Assembly: GCF_020745735.1 (NCBI RefSeq)
Contig: NC_083428.1
Location: forward strand, 39,928,001-39,992,000
DNA: 64,000 nucleotides
Reading direction: 5' to 3'
Source of the DNA: Hemiscyllium ocellatum
Lineage: Eukaryota
In this document: in pieces, positions 13,097 through 25,547 of the stretch
How the letters are laid out: every line of letters begins with the position of its first letter
How positions within the stretch are numbered: position 1 is the first letter of the stretch
Program-made: the position numbers and the translations under genes
The notes under the pieces: model-generated
Told to the model about the DNA's origin: nothing
Database searches by the model: none
The model's input: the letters and a program-made list of their open reading frames with translations, nothing else

Positions 13097-13387
13097 TTAG
13101 ATTAGATTACTTACAGTGTGGAAACAGGCCCTTCGGCCCAACAAGTCCACACCGACCTGCTGAAGAGCAACCCACCCAGACCCATTCCCCTACATTTACC
13201 CCCTTCACCTAACACTACAGGCAATTTAGCATGGCCAATTCACCCAACCTGCACATTTTTGGACTGTGGGAGGAAACCCATGCAGACACGGGGAGAATGT
13301 GCAAACTCCACACCTGAGGCAGGAATTGAGCCTGAGTCTCTGGCACTGTGAGGCAGCAGTGCTAACCACTGTGCCACCATGCCACCC
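13097..13387 (-). mobile_element. HE1-type SINE, followed by a second 3' fragment at about 13436-13530
   Basis: Same family sequence as the other copies. Confidence 0.85.
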
Positions 13388-14299
13388 ACAAAGAGTTTCT
13401 GAACCCTGCGCATGGGTGGCTACCCAAAGGAAATTGATTAGATCAGTTTCCCTACAGTGTGGAAACAGGCTCTTTTGGCCCAACAAGTCCATACCAACCC
13501 TCTAAAGAGTAACCCACCTAGACCCATTTTATAAGATGATCATCAGTGCATCCAATATTTTTGGGGACACTTCTTTCTCACTCTGGAATGTAGATTATAG
13601 GCTTTGGCGATTTGCCAAACATTAAAACCAGTAAATCTCCAGCAACATTTTTGCACTAATACTGATTTGTTTCAATTCCACTGTCTCACTACATCCTTGG
13701 TTTGCTATCATTTCCTGAAGGTTCTATGTCCCCTCTTGTGTAAAGACAGAATCGAGGTGTGTGCTCAATTCTTCTGTCATTTCTGTGTTAAATGGAGAGC
13801 CACAGAAGTTCATGTTGAGATCACTGGATCTGTCCAGGACTTTGGTGGAGTCTCACTGTCAGAGCTGAGGACGGAATGTGTTTTGTTAAACATTCAAGTT
13901 TCCAAGGGCTTCACAGCTTCATACAACTGAAGTGTAAGGTGGAAAATGTGGCATTGTTTCTGCACAGGCAGGAGAAATGCACTGAAGAACAGCATCATGC
14001 TTTCCATATACTGACATTATACTGCACAGCAGGAAGTTCTACTCCTTCAGCACAACTGGAAAAGGAAACGGCTACATAACCATTCTAAACTCCTGGGCTA
14101 ATAATGCATTTATATGGCTGTGTCCTGGAGTGCCTTTGGCTGTCGTGAACTAGTTATTGATTGGAATGGCCAGAGGCTGCATTGCCCTCTGGAGATATTC
14201 AAAAGAAGTGGGAACCAGTACAGGTTTGATACGGTGTCGACCAAAGCTTTACCTCCTGCAAGAGGAGGGGAAACAGAATACTGATGAAACAGAGACACA

Positions 14300-15560
14300 T
14301 CATGCTACAGCAAAGTCAGAGTGAGCTCAGCTATGTTGAGGGTCAATAGAGTGGGGCAAGGCTGGATGGTCCTTGCTTTAATGCTGGGAGTGTAAGATTA
14401 ATGGGATAAAGGTGTGGATTGGCACATGGAAATGTGACATTGTTTCCATCACAGAAAAATGCTTATGGGAGAGTCAGGACTGGCAACTCAACATTCTGGA
14501 GTATAGGATCTTTAGGTGAGACACAGAAGGGTGTAAACGATGTGATGGAGTAGCACTATCAAGTAAGGAGTCAATTATTGCAATAAGGAGAGATGATATC
14601 TTGGCAGGGTCTTCAAACAAGGCTTTGCGGGTTCAACTTAGGACTGTTAAGGGGGCAGTCTCCTTACTGGGTACTGAGTGTATCCTAGGCCTCCAAAGAG
14701 TCAGCAGCAAATAGAGGAGCAATGATGTAGACAGTTCACGGAAGTGTGTAAGTGTAATAATTGGGTAATTGTACAGTAGATTTCAACCTTCCCAACATAT
14801 TGGTGAAAGCTGATTCTTTTGGAAAAAGAAACAAGACGATGGAGTATTTAATGAATGGCATGACACTGGGTGGCTCAGAGGAACAGAGGCATCTGGGGAA
14901 ATTGTTCACAGATCCCTGAAGTGGGCAGACCATGTGAATAGGATAGTTAAGAACAGGGGACACTGGTTTTCAGCAGTGATAGTATGGAGTATAAGATCAA
15001 GGGGGTAATGATGGAGTTGTATAGAGCATTGGTTAGGCCACAATGGAGTACTTAGTGCAGTTGTGGTCACCTCATTACAGGAAGGATGTAATAGCACTAG
15101 AGGGTGTACAAAGGAAGTTCACCAGGATGTTGCCTGGAATGAGCAATTGAGCTATAAGGAGAGATTGAAAAGGTTTGGATTGTTTTGTTGGACTAGAGAA
15201 GACTGAGTGGTGACGTGATTGAGGTGCTTAAGATTTTGAGGGGTATGGAGTGTGTGAATAGAGAGCGGTTGTTCCCCTTGGTTGAAGGATGACAGTTTTT
15301 GGGTAAGGGGCAGGAACTTCAGAGGAAATTTGAGAAAAAAAAACATATTAACGCAGAGTGTGATGGAAATCTGGAATGAACAGCCTGGGAAGGTCATGGA
15401 AGCTGGAAACCCATCAACTTTTCAAAATGCTTGGATGAGCACATCAAATATCATAATATTCAAAGATATGGGACAAATGTGGGAAATTGCATATTTAGTG
15501 ATAGTTATTGTTGGTGCAGGCTCGATGGACTGAAGGGCCTTTTCAGCGTTGTGTGACTCT
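14300..15560 (+). mobile_element. Degraded CR1 LINE (EN remnant and RT 3' part)
   Basis: 3' region GGTTAGGCCACAA...GAGGGTGTACAAAGGAAGTTCACCAGGATGTTGCC and tail GGCTCGATGGACTGAAGGGCCT. Confidence 0.65.
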
Positions 15561-16239
15561 GAGAACTTCAAGAATAGTGAATGTGGTCAAGAGGTGGATT
15601 AGCCCACGAGAGTCTTCCTAGCTTTCCTAATGGCTGAGGGAACTCCAGTACTGTAACTGTGACTGTATGAGGTGGGCCTGGCTGGAAAAGGAAAAGAATT
15701 TCAAACATTTAGAGGTTCTTTAAATCACATCTTTGAGATTCATCTGAAGAGTCTGACAGGTGTTTCCCATCTGGTGCACACCAAAGGTTAACCTGGGTGT
15801 CAGTGATATACACTGTCTGACCTCAGTGGGGTCAGGCTGTGAGGTCAGTGAGTAATTCTAACTTCATCAATACAGTGAAAGGCCTGATTTGGGAGATTGT
15901 TTATCACTCACTGTTCTTCCAATTGTTCTGCTTTATGAACTGTCCTTTTAAATTCCGATACCACACACAAGCAGTTTGTAGCAAAATGTGTATAACTCAG
16001 ATTCCAGAATGAAATGTGGTGAGAGGTGGTGACATTGCATGGAACTGGAATACAGGGACATCCAGAAAGCCTTTGACAAACTATTACACAGGAGATCACA
16101 AAGGGGCAGGGGAAAAGGGTGAAGAATAATGAATTGAATTGAAATGTATTGGAGGAGATAAACAGAGTGAAGGGGTTAAGAATATTTTCTCAGACAGAGT
16201 TCAAAGTGGAATGTCAGTGTCTGTTCTGGGATCATTTCC

Positions 16240-18200
16240 AGAACAAAGGTAGAAAAACAACCTGAAAATATAACAAAATCATTATCTCATATTCAGGAAA
16301 TTCTGAAACACTGGCCACTCCAGTTCGCTGCTTGGTGTTTGCTCCCCCAGACCTCCATGTTGGACACCCAGCACCAACACCTCAGGGCACGCTCCTTGGG
16401 CACTGGCCACATGCCCCCCACATCCATAGATGTGGCATCAACACCTGCCAGCCTCTCCTCATCATCATGGCACATCTCTGATCCACCAACAGTTCTGCAC
16501 TTCAGAGTGTACTGGCAGCTGCCAGGGCAATGCTGCAGCAACCACACTGTGTACGCAGGGACAAAGGGCTGGGGTCAGTCCTGGGGTCAGTTAAATGAGT
16601 GTCAAGGTGGGGGCGGAGTGGAACCAGGAGCACTGCTGTGACAGGGAGGTGGAGGGGCTCAATGGTGGGGAGGGTCAGCAGCATCCTGGCTTGTGGAGAG
16701 TACCAAGATGGTGAAGGGGATGGAGGTAGTCTTAAAAACAGTATTGGCAGAGCCAATTGTGCACGTGAGGGCATGGGATACTGCAGGAAGGGGAGTTATA
16801 GACAGTCATCGCCACTGTGGCCTCCAGAGGGGAACCGTGCAGCTTGGTAGTAGACATCACTAAACTGTCGTGACTTGGGTTGGGGGGCATGGTGGAACAT
16901 TAAAGTCTCAATTAAATGTGATGGCTGTCAAAGTGTGGGGATTTAGTAACAACAGGCTGTGCAGGGAGAGCAGGTAAAGGGACAAGTGAGTTCATGAGTT
17001 GGTTGGACCTGTGTTCCAGGCGGAGCCTGAAATCATGGTGTCCAGTCTGACCTGCTTTCCCTTCCACATCTGTCAATCCGTGTGAATGATAAATGGCCGG
17101 GATCACATCCGTGTGGGTGAAGTCCGAGGCAGTTCAATGGGTAAAAAGAGGACTCCATTTCTGTTGGCGTGTGGAGTACAGGTTCACATCATTTACCTCA
17201 CACCATCCCATGTGTGTTGGGTGCAAATACTGGCTACATGCAATGACCACCATGTTACTGATCCTTGCCTACAGACATCTCAATGTTGCAGAAATGATCA
17301 CAGCTGACTGTAAAAGAGGCAACTGTGGGTCACAAATACCACAATTGCTGATAGAGAGGCACAGATTCCATTCCCCACCCGATCTGGAAGTATTATCTGA
17401 AGAGGTCACAGCTGTTGGGTCTCTCAGATGCTGTCCAAGATATAGGAGAGCCAGGGGCTTTCATCCTGATGAGTGAGGCTCAGTATTGGTGCGGGTTACA
17501 ATTTCCCAGGTCACCAGGACAGAACTGTACCAGCCTCTGGATTGGCATCTCCAACCTGCAGGCATCGTATCACAGTCTCTTGGGAGGTGACAGTGCTGTT
17601 GGCTGGCTCCTTCTGGAGAGCAAGATAGTCTCTGTCACCCAGGGATTTAGATTAGATTACTTACAGTGTGGAACCAGGCCCTTTGGCCCAACAAGTCCAC
17701 AACGACCCTCCGAAGAGCAATCCCCCCAGACCCATTCCCCTACATTTACCCCTTTCCTAACACTACGGGCAATCTAGCATGGCCAATACACCTAACTGGA
17801 AACCAGAGCAAACCACACAGACACGGGGAGAATGTGCAAACTCCACACAGACAGTTGCCTGAGGCGGGAATTGAACCTGGGTCTCTGGCGCTGTGAGGCA
17901 GCAGTGCTAACCACTGTGCCACCATGCCTCCCACAATTCTGCTGCTCAATTCTGGGGATACCTGAGCTGTGGCAACTTCCCACAGTGAGAGGTAGAATCC
18001 AGCTAGTATTGGACAGGAGGGGCACCATAGAGTAGTGGTCAGTCATTAATGAGGCAGGTTTGAACCATAGCACAAGAAAGCTGCTCAGACTCATGAACAG
18101 ACACAATGAAAACTTGGCAAAACTGACAATGTGACAAATCATCTTTACTGTTTCCTTCCATTCACATGGAGTTTTTAAATAACTTGATGCAAAACAGACC
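16240..18200 (-). mobile_element. Probable Harbinger/PIF transposon remnant
   Basis: Minus strand about 17230-17420 resembles the HARBI1-type C-terminus (AGATCGGGTGGG for RSGG; SNMVVIAC...LH). Highly degraded. Confidence 0.35.
17646..17932 (-). mobile_element. HE1-type SINE
   Basis: Same family sequence. Confidence 0.85.
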
Positions 18201-19376
18201 ATGCTATAGATTCCGAACAGAACTGGTTAGCCTCCTTAAACAGTGATGTTTCTGTTACTTAAATGGGTGGAATGGAATCTGAGAGATTTGGGTACGGCTG
18301 CTGTAAAATGATGTTATATTGAGGTTGACTGTGTTCTGGACAGTCCCTCTGCTTAAAATAACAGGCCCCAGTTCCTGCTGGGGGTCAGGTGTTTGTTCAT
18401 TTCACCCACTCGGAGCAGCTGGATTGGACGGCACAAACCACCCTCAAATACTGAAAGCTGATTGGCTGAAACTGACTGCTCAGCAGCTTCATTCAAACTC
18501 CTTCAACATTCCCATGAGGTTCCATTCATTCTCAATGTTCGGGTTCCATGGAAATAACAGATATACTTATTGTCTAAATCATATTCACCATTCTGTGCAA
18601 TATTGTTAATTGTGTAACTGGTCACCTGGTGGTCAATAGCAGGTTAGAGTCTGATAGTTAGGTGGCAAGTAGATGCATAATTAACTAGTCACATGCTCAG
18701 CTCTTTCATGTTCACACAAACTGTGACAGAGCAAAATTATCCAAACATTAACTGAGGGGAATCACCAACACCTCAGGCTGGATATTCCCCCTGGGAAGGG
18801 AAACAGGAGTTGGGAATGTCACTCTGCTCCAATCCCTCATTTGGAGGCTGGAAACACACACACATTGGAATTCGCACAGAGGGATCCTCTGAACTGGCCT
18901 GGAGACGGTCCTCGTGAATTATGGGTGGACGGAGTGTAGCCCCTTCACAGGGCAGCATTTAGTTGCTCTAATACCCAGGCGGGCAGGAAGGGCCTTACCT
19001 TATTCAAACAGGCCCCTACACAAACTGGAAGTTGGAGACATGCTGGAAGTGACTCATCAATGTCCATTAGTTCAGTGTTAACAAGACCCGAACAGAGTCC
19101 AATTGGGCACCTGCCCTACCCTGCTGGGCCCAGACCCGCAATGTCTGAAATAGCTGGAGCTGGGAATGATGTTGAAAACTAAATATTCACTTTCTACCTC
19201 CAATCATGCCTCAAGTCGGGTTGCAAATTAAATAAGGACTATGTATAGCAGATATTCAGTAAGTGTTGTGTGCTTAGGAGTTTGCTGAATCTATTTTCTT
19301 GCAAGGAGCTATTAGCGCATGCAGAGAAGCAAATTATGTGATCGAAAAGATTGTGCAGATTTTAAAGTTTTTGTTA

Positions 19377-19520
19377 GGGTGGCATGGTGGCTCAGTGGTT
19401 AGTACTGCTGCGTCACGGTGCCAGGCAATTCTACCCTTGGGTGAATGTCTGTATGGAGTTTGCATATTCTCTCTGTGTGGGTTTACTCCCACAGTTCAAA
19501 ACTGTGCAGGTTAGGTGAAT
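19377..19520 (+). mobile_element. Truncated, internally deleted HE1-type SINE
   Basis: Head GGGTGGCATGGTGGCTCAGTGGTTAG and partial body. Confidence 0.7.
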
Positions 19521-19703
19521 TGGGCCTAGAAAGAGATTTTTGATAGTAGGTGTGAAGAACAATTTTAACTCCAGGGCTGGTCAGAAGATGCAGTAAACAT
19601 AAAGGGAAATATCAGACAATAAACGAGCTTCAGTGTAAAACGTGACAGTGTTTCCAGTCGCACTGAGGCATCACTGCATCAACCTGAATCTCTGAGCCTG
19701 AAT

Positions 19704-19791
19704 GGGCGGGTTTCAGATCCTTGCTCTGGTTGGTCAGTGTGAATCGCTCTCATTTGCACGGATTTCCTTCCTGTTGTGAAGGGCTCTATAA
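19704..19791 (+). promoter_or_regulatory. IgL V promoter: GC box (19704-19710), octamer variant ATTTGCAC (19752-19759), ETS-like TTCCTTCCTG, TATA-like TATAA (19787-19791)
   Basis: Motifs read directly 75-165 bp upstream of the leader ATG. Octamer plus TATA upstream of the leader is the standard Ig light-chain promoter layout. Confidence 0.75.
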
Positions 19792-19866
19792 CTGGCTTCA
19801 ATGGGAACCTGCTGCCACAGTCTGTCCTAGATACAGTCGCTGAAGGCAGGCAGCTCATTGACAGAA

Positions 19867-19915
19867 ATGATGTGGATCTTGTGTTTTCTCTGTTCCCTGG
19901 CAGTGTGGCTGGGCT
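19867..19915 (+). CDS. Ig light chain leader exon (MMWILCFLCSLAVWLG, phase-1 donor GTAAGT at 19916)
   Basis: Hydrophobic peptide followed by a consensus donor. Splicing to the acceptor TTTTACAG (20013) gives in-frame MMWILCFLCSLAVWLGYGQC-QTLTQP. Confidence 0.9.
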
Positions 19916-20013
19916 GTAAGTAAAACACTGCTCCTTCCACAGCAGCAGGTTGGGGTTTTACAGTCACCTTTAAAAGGGTCCATTTCTGATGTTTAATCCT
20001 TGCTCTTTTACAG

Positions 20014-20340
20014 ATGGACAGTGTCAGACTCTGACTCAGCCTGCACAACTGACTGTGAAACCGGGGAACACGGCCACACTGGACTGTAACATTGGAACGG
20101 ATGATGGCAAGGTTGTGCGCTGGTACAAGCAGACACCAGGATCAGTTCCTCAGTGGATCTTCTATTACCATTACTCGCACAGTGCGCCTACCTATGGGTC
20201 TGGGTTTAGCAGCGACCGTTTCACATCGACAGTCAACAACGACCACAACATTTACCAGTTAATCATCAAAAACGTGGAGGTGAATGATGCCGCCGTCTAT
20301 TACTGTGGAAAGTGGGTTAAATCGGCCAGTGCTAATGTTT
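20014..20340 (+). CDS. Ig light chain V segment, sigma isotype (unrearranged)
   Basis: ORF 19989-20348 has V-set hallmarks (LDC, WYKQTPG, DAAVYYC) with no stops. Short CDR1 and long CDR2 YYHYSHSAPTYGSGFSSDRF are typical of sigma light chains. Ends at an RSS heptamer. Confidence 0.93.
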
Positions 20341-20368
20341 CACAGTGACAGAAGGTAACACAAAAACT
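20341..20368 (+). other. V recombination signal sequence, 12-bp spacer
   Basis: CACAGTG + ACAGAAGGTAAC (12 nt) + ACAAAAACT (8/9 consensus nonamer). Confidence 0.95.
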
Positions 20369-20674
20369 GATATCAGGAAATAATGTCCTCCTAATACCAT
20401 TGTATTGCATCAAATACTCTAATATTTAAGATTTCATAAATAACTTTAATGTTGTCCTTCGGTATAATATTTTCCAATTGTCGTTATTTCATAATTGGTA
20501 ACTTTCTGAAATCACTGCCCACTACCGAGTGTTGGTGACATTTTCATGTCAGTGTGTGGATGTTGTTGTGAGGTTATTCCTTACTGTCCCACACCATCTG
20601 GGACACTGGGAATACATGATCAATGCTGGTACTGGAGTATCTGAAGGTGTTTTCTTTCCAGTTCCAGGATCCTG

Positions 20675-20713
20675 GATAACTGTATGGACTGAACCCTAGA
20701 ACATCACACTGTG
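20675..20713 (-). other. J recombination signal sequence, 23-bp spacer, perfect heptamer but degenerate nonamer
   Basis: CACTGTG at 20707-20713 abuts J. The nonamer position at 23-bp spacing reads GATAACTGT versus consensus GGTTTTTGT (5/9). Confidence 0.7.
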
Positions 20714-20750
20714 TATGTGTTTGGGCAAGGGACCAAGCTCTTTGTTGCAG
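20714..20750 (+). CDS. Ig light chain J segment (YVFGQGTKLFVA, phase-1 donor GTAAGT)
   Basis: FGxGT motif, heptamer immediately 5', consensus donor at 20751. Confidence 0.95.
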
Positions 20751-21486
20751 GTAAGTGGCTGAGAATTCCCTCTGTGGATACTAACTGTGAATTTAGGCAC
20801 TTGATTGAAACTTGATTATTTCCTCATGCCTGTTTCTTAACCTGAGTGAAAATGTTGTTTGTTTCTCCAGAGTCTAGCAGCAGAAGCAGAGCAATCACTC
20901 TTGGTGCTGCCTGAGTTTGTGCTGTTTCTGACATTAGCTGTTAGTTTTGTATATAATAATGTTTTTGTTCATAAGTGCTCTGATTTGCCAAACTCCTTTT
21001 TAGCTTCTCTGCATTAGCTGCTGTACATTTGTTAACACGTTTGGTGTAGACTAATTTTTTTCAAAGGTTATAAAGTGCAATGTTGGAAGAAAAAGGGTTA
21101 AATTGCAATTCTCTTGGTTCAGTTGTTTTGTTTTAAAATGTTCAAAAGTTGCTGTAATGGGATGAGTTAAATCTAAAGAAAGAAATTTCTTTGATTTTTT
21201 TTTTTACTTTTCATGTCCCAAAGCATTTCATGGTGAATTACTTAATTGAAGCTTTGCCATTACTACTCAACTAAACAGCAATGTGCCTACGCGTGACCCG
21301 TTATTACTTTTGACATTAATATTAGAAGCAAGTCTTTTCAGAATCCAAGCATATCTAATGCAGTGCTCAATCAGATGTCAGTCTCGTTCCTGAGTCAATA
21401 TCTCTTTACTGTTGTCCTCACTCCTTTTTCAGTACATCAATAACTTTGTCAGTGCTGTTTTCTATTTTTGCACTGATCTGGAACCT

Positions 21487-24400
21487 TGTGTTAACTTTTA
21501 CTTCTGAAGTAACTCCACAGAGGCAAGTATCCTGTCACCAAGATGTCCTTTATTTACCCGTGCATAAGACATGACACTGATCCAGTGTCCTCAGAGCCAG
21601 CTCTGAGTAAACAGGACCTCCTGACGTTGTTTGTTTATCTCCATACTTTTGATTTTTTTTTCTCTGTGGTGTGTGTGTGTGTGTAAGCGCAGTGACTCTG
21701 AAGACCCCATTGTGCAAATAATTGTATTTAATCTTTCCACCACCAGGAAAAGGGACCCATGTGGCCAGGGAACCAGTGACAAGCAAAACCCGATAGGGGA
21801 AATGCTTATGGGGAAAACAAAGTGAAGCGGGAGAGTAGAACTGGTACTCCTGTTTATTTTTTTTCTCTCTCTTGATACAAGAAAGGAGAGTCTTTGACAC
21901 ACTGATCCAGCTTCCTCAAGAGGCAGCTCTCTGAGTGAACAGAATCTCTGACACTTCTGTTTGTTTTTTTTTATATTTTTACCCTCACACTAAACTGTGG
22001 TAGTGCTTATTTATTCCCCAGCACCCATGTTGTGTGTGTGCAAGTGTAAGACACCAGGTGCACGAATCTTTATTCCGTTTTCACCACCAGGAAGCAAAGA
22101 AACACCTGAGTCACCAGTGACAAGCAGTGCCCTTCATATCAAAGGGCAATGCTGTGTGATAAAACAGTGAAGGCGAGGGCAGGGATTAAATCAAAATAAA
22201 TTTGGAGGGGGAACACTCCTGTTCATACCTGTCAACCAGTGCCCTTGATGGGACCAGATCAACATCATCAATAAGGGAACTCCTATTCAATGAGGTCCAC
22301 CTGGCTGACCCCGTCACAATCATTACATCCATCCCCCTCTCAGTCCAGGGACAGACTTGTTAATTTTCTCATACCGTTTTTAGGGGCGTTTACCCACTGG
22401 GTCCAGTTACTCCGACTCAGCCTCAGATACACAGCCTGACTTTCGCACCCGGAGTGTGTTGAAAGAAATTGCTCCTTTTCTTCTGGTGGTAAAGGTGCTG
22501 AGGCTGCGGCATCCACATGTAAACTGTCTCTCTCGCTTAGCAGAGTCTGTGCCAAGCATTGGTGTTCCTGCTACTGTTTCACTTCCTCGTTTTCCCCCTT
22601 GCCCAGGTCCTTGAAGATCAGATTTAACCTGGTATGGTGTCTTCTCCCCAACTGCAACTCTGTTGGAGCTATACCTGGAGTTGTACGAGGGGTGGTCAGA
22701 TAATTATATAGGACCCGGGACAGTTTTGTAATGTGTGAAGGTGGAAGCTGTTTCTTAAAACTTGTCTTCAAAGTTTGGATGGCTCTTTCTGCCAGACTAT
22801 TGGACAATGGATGGTATGGAGCTGTCCTGGTGTGCCAATGCCATTCAACTTTAGGAATATCCTGCTGGAAAATGATGGCCCATTGTCTATGACCATGGCT
22901 ATGTCTGCATTAAATCCTGGCCACCAGACATAACCTCTCATCAACATCATCATTTTGTACACCCTGAATGTTTCTGGTGGAGTTCAGCCAGTAATAGATG
23001 GGGACCTTTGCTTGGGACACTCTCTTACACTCCCCATAATAAAATGCCATCCTCTACAGTGATCTGGTCTCACCGAGTCCAGGGCAGTTGCAGTTCTGGT
23101 TGTGATGACCCTTTTGATGTTTCCCCCATTGCCGCCAGCTGTTATGTTTTTCCAGAATGGGATCTTTTTGTGTCCACGTTCCGATATTTACAGCAATGGC
23201 TGGAAGGGACTCCGGAAAGTTTAAACCCAGAACTGACTCTTCCAGTGAAGCACTACCATTCATATATGTACCAATGGGAGGTGGCTCAATGCATCCGCAC
23301 TTTCTACTTGGCCTCCGCACAGTGTAATTGTATGCACCTAGACTGAGAGCCCAATGCTGAATTCGAGCTGAAGCTATGGGTGGCACTGCCTTATCCTCCT
23401 CGAGTAGCCCTATCAGGGGTTGGTGGTCTGTTAGTATTACAAATTTGTGTTGTATAGATATTGATACAATTTTCTCACACCAACGATAACCGCCATACCT
23501 TCCTTCTCTATCTGGGTGTATTTGCGCTCTGCATCAGCCACCGTCCAGGAAGCATACCCGATTGGGCATTCTTCTATATTTGGGCCATCTGTGAGCTAAC
23601 ACTACCCCGATACTCTACAGGGAGGCACTGCCCATCAGCGCCAGATCTCACTTGGCATCATAGTGTGCTAACACCTTGGCCGATGATAACTGCTCCTTCA
23701 CTTCCCTAAAGGCTACGTCTTGGCTACGAGACCATTTCCAAGCCTAACCATTTTCCCATAGCAGATAGAAGGGTGCCAGGATGAGGCCAGGTTATGTATG
23801 AACTCTCTGTAATACCTCACCAATCCATGGAACAGATATGGGAGCTGGGCCTCCTTTGATTGCCCTCACTATCTTCCAATGGGTGTAGCCCAAGTAGGTC
23901 ACTTGGCGTGCCCTTTTAAGGCATATGCCTGTCTTGGAGAAACATCTAAGGACAATGTCCAAGTTCTCTAGTGCTCTTTATTGGTCTTCCCTTTTATTAG
24001 TACATCATTCCAGATAAATGGAAACCTGGGGTAGATCATATAAAATTTTCTTTCTAGTCCACTAATACATTACACAGGTTTATGGTACCCCAATTGGCAG
24101 TCCCATGTATTGGTACAAATGCTTTTGAGTATTAATTGGGCATATGTCTGGGAATCCTTATCTAACTGAGTTGCATTACACATGCTCATGTCCAGCTTCA
24201 TGAAAGACAGCCCCTGCCAGACTTGTGTATAAATCCTCTGTGAGGGATTGTGTTTTTTTTTCCAGCTGTAAAAAGCGCTTTACTATTTATTTAAAATCCC
24301 TACAAAGGTGAATCTACTCATTGGGCTTCACAATCGGTACGACTGGTGCTGCCCATTCCTCAAACTGTACTGGCTCGATTCCTTCACGTTGTAGCCTCCT

Positions 24401-25547
24401 GATTTCAGCCACTCCTTCTGCCCGTAGGGCAGATGGGACTGGGCAGGCCTTGCAGATTCGTGGAATTGCTTCCTAGTCAAGATGCAAAGTGGCCCCTGTT
24501 CTTTTGACAGTCCCTAGTCCTTCCCAAAAATGTCCAGGTGTCTTCTTAGGATTTCACTCAAGCAGCCATTTTCTAATAGAAAAATGTTGAGCCAATCAAG
24601 GTGAATCTTTCTCAACTAATTTTGCACCATCATACAAGACCCGAACCGCTGTTGTACCTTTAATCTGCAACGGTTTCCCAGTATAGGATCTCAATCTAGC
24701 TGAGGTCTTATGCAAACTTAAGAGTTGGAGTCTAGAGCATTCATTTGTTAAAGACGACTGGTTTTGCAATCATGGATACAGCTGTGCCGTTATCAATCTC
24801 CATTAGAACCAGGTGACCATTCAACCAGACATTTTGGTTCTGATTTGGATGTTGCTAAGCAATTTAGCTGTTCCAAACCAAAGTTGATGGGCTTTCCAGG
24901 GTGTGCACTCTCTTGGATACCAACCTGAGTTGTTTTACTCAATTCAGGTCTAGCAGAAATCTGTTGCTGTCTCGAGTTTGCAGAATAGCAGCAACTATAA
25001 TGGCCTGCCAGCCCAGATCCTCAAAATGTTAACTGTTTGGCTGAGGATTGCCGCTGTTTTAGGGTTTTCCTGTGGGCTGACCTAGAGTCCCTCTGTTCAG
25101 GATATGTCCTGAGTGAGGCTGTGCTATTGCCTTCACTCCAGTGCTCTCTCTCAAAGTTTAGTCGGCCTGGCAAGTCCATGGATCTCCCCTGTAACTCTTA
25201 TGTGCCACATCCTGCATTTTCTAACGACAAAGCCAGTTGTAGTGCCTGTTTGAATCCACTTAGTCTTTTAGGTTGCAAGCACTTTTGCATGGTTACATTA
25301 TTAATCACAGTCTTGTCACATAACTCCACTGAGGCTGGTATCACGTCACCAAGTCACCTTTTATTTACAGGTGCATAGTACTTGATGCTAGTCTGACTTT
25401 CTCAGAGCCAGCTCTGAGGGAACCGAACCTCTGATGCACCAGTCTATATCTGTCAGCCACATCTCCCGAACTGGACCAGATTAACAGCTCCAATAAGGGA
25501 ACTCGTATTCTGAGGTCCATCTGACTGACCTCGTTACAGTCACTACA
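21487..25547 (-). mobile_element. Gypsy/Ty3 LTR retrotransposon in the IgL J-C intron (3' LTR 21487-22327, 5' LTR about 25290-25547), degraded
   Basis: Integrase (SNSLAERAIQTLK...TTPGIAPTEL) and RNase H (ARIQHWALSL) remnants. Homologous LTRs (TAACTCCAC...TCACCAAG...AATAAGGGAACTC...ACA). Polypurine tract at 22328-22341. Confidence 0.85.

Noticed and set aside
19801-19830. Short upstream ORF (MGTCCHSLS*) before the leader
   Set aside because: Its ATG is only about 10 bp after the TATA-like box, so it probably lies upstream of the transcription start.
20646-20654. GGTGTTTTC as an alternative J nonamer
   Set aside because: It is 52 bp from the heptamer, incompatible with a 12 or 23 spacer.
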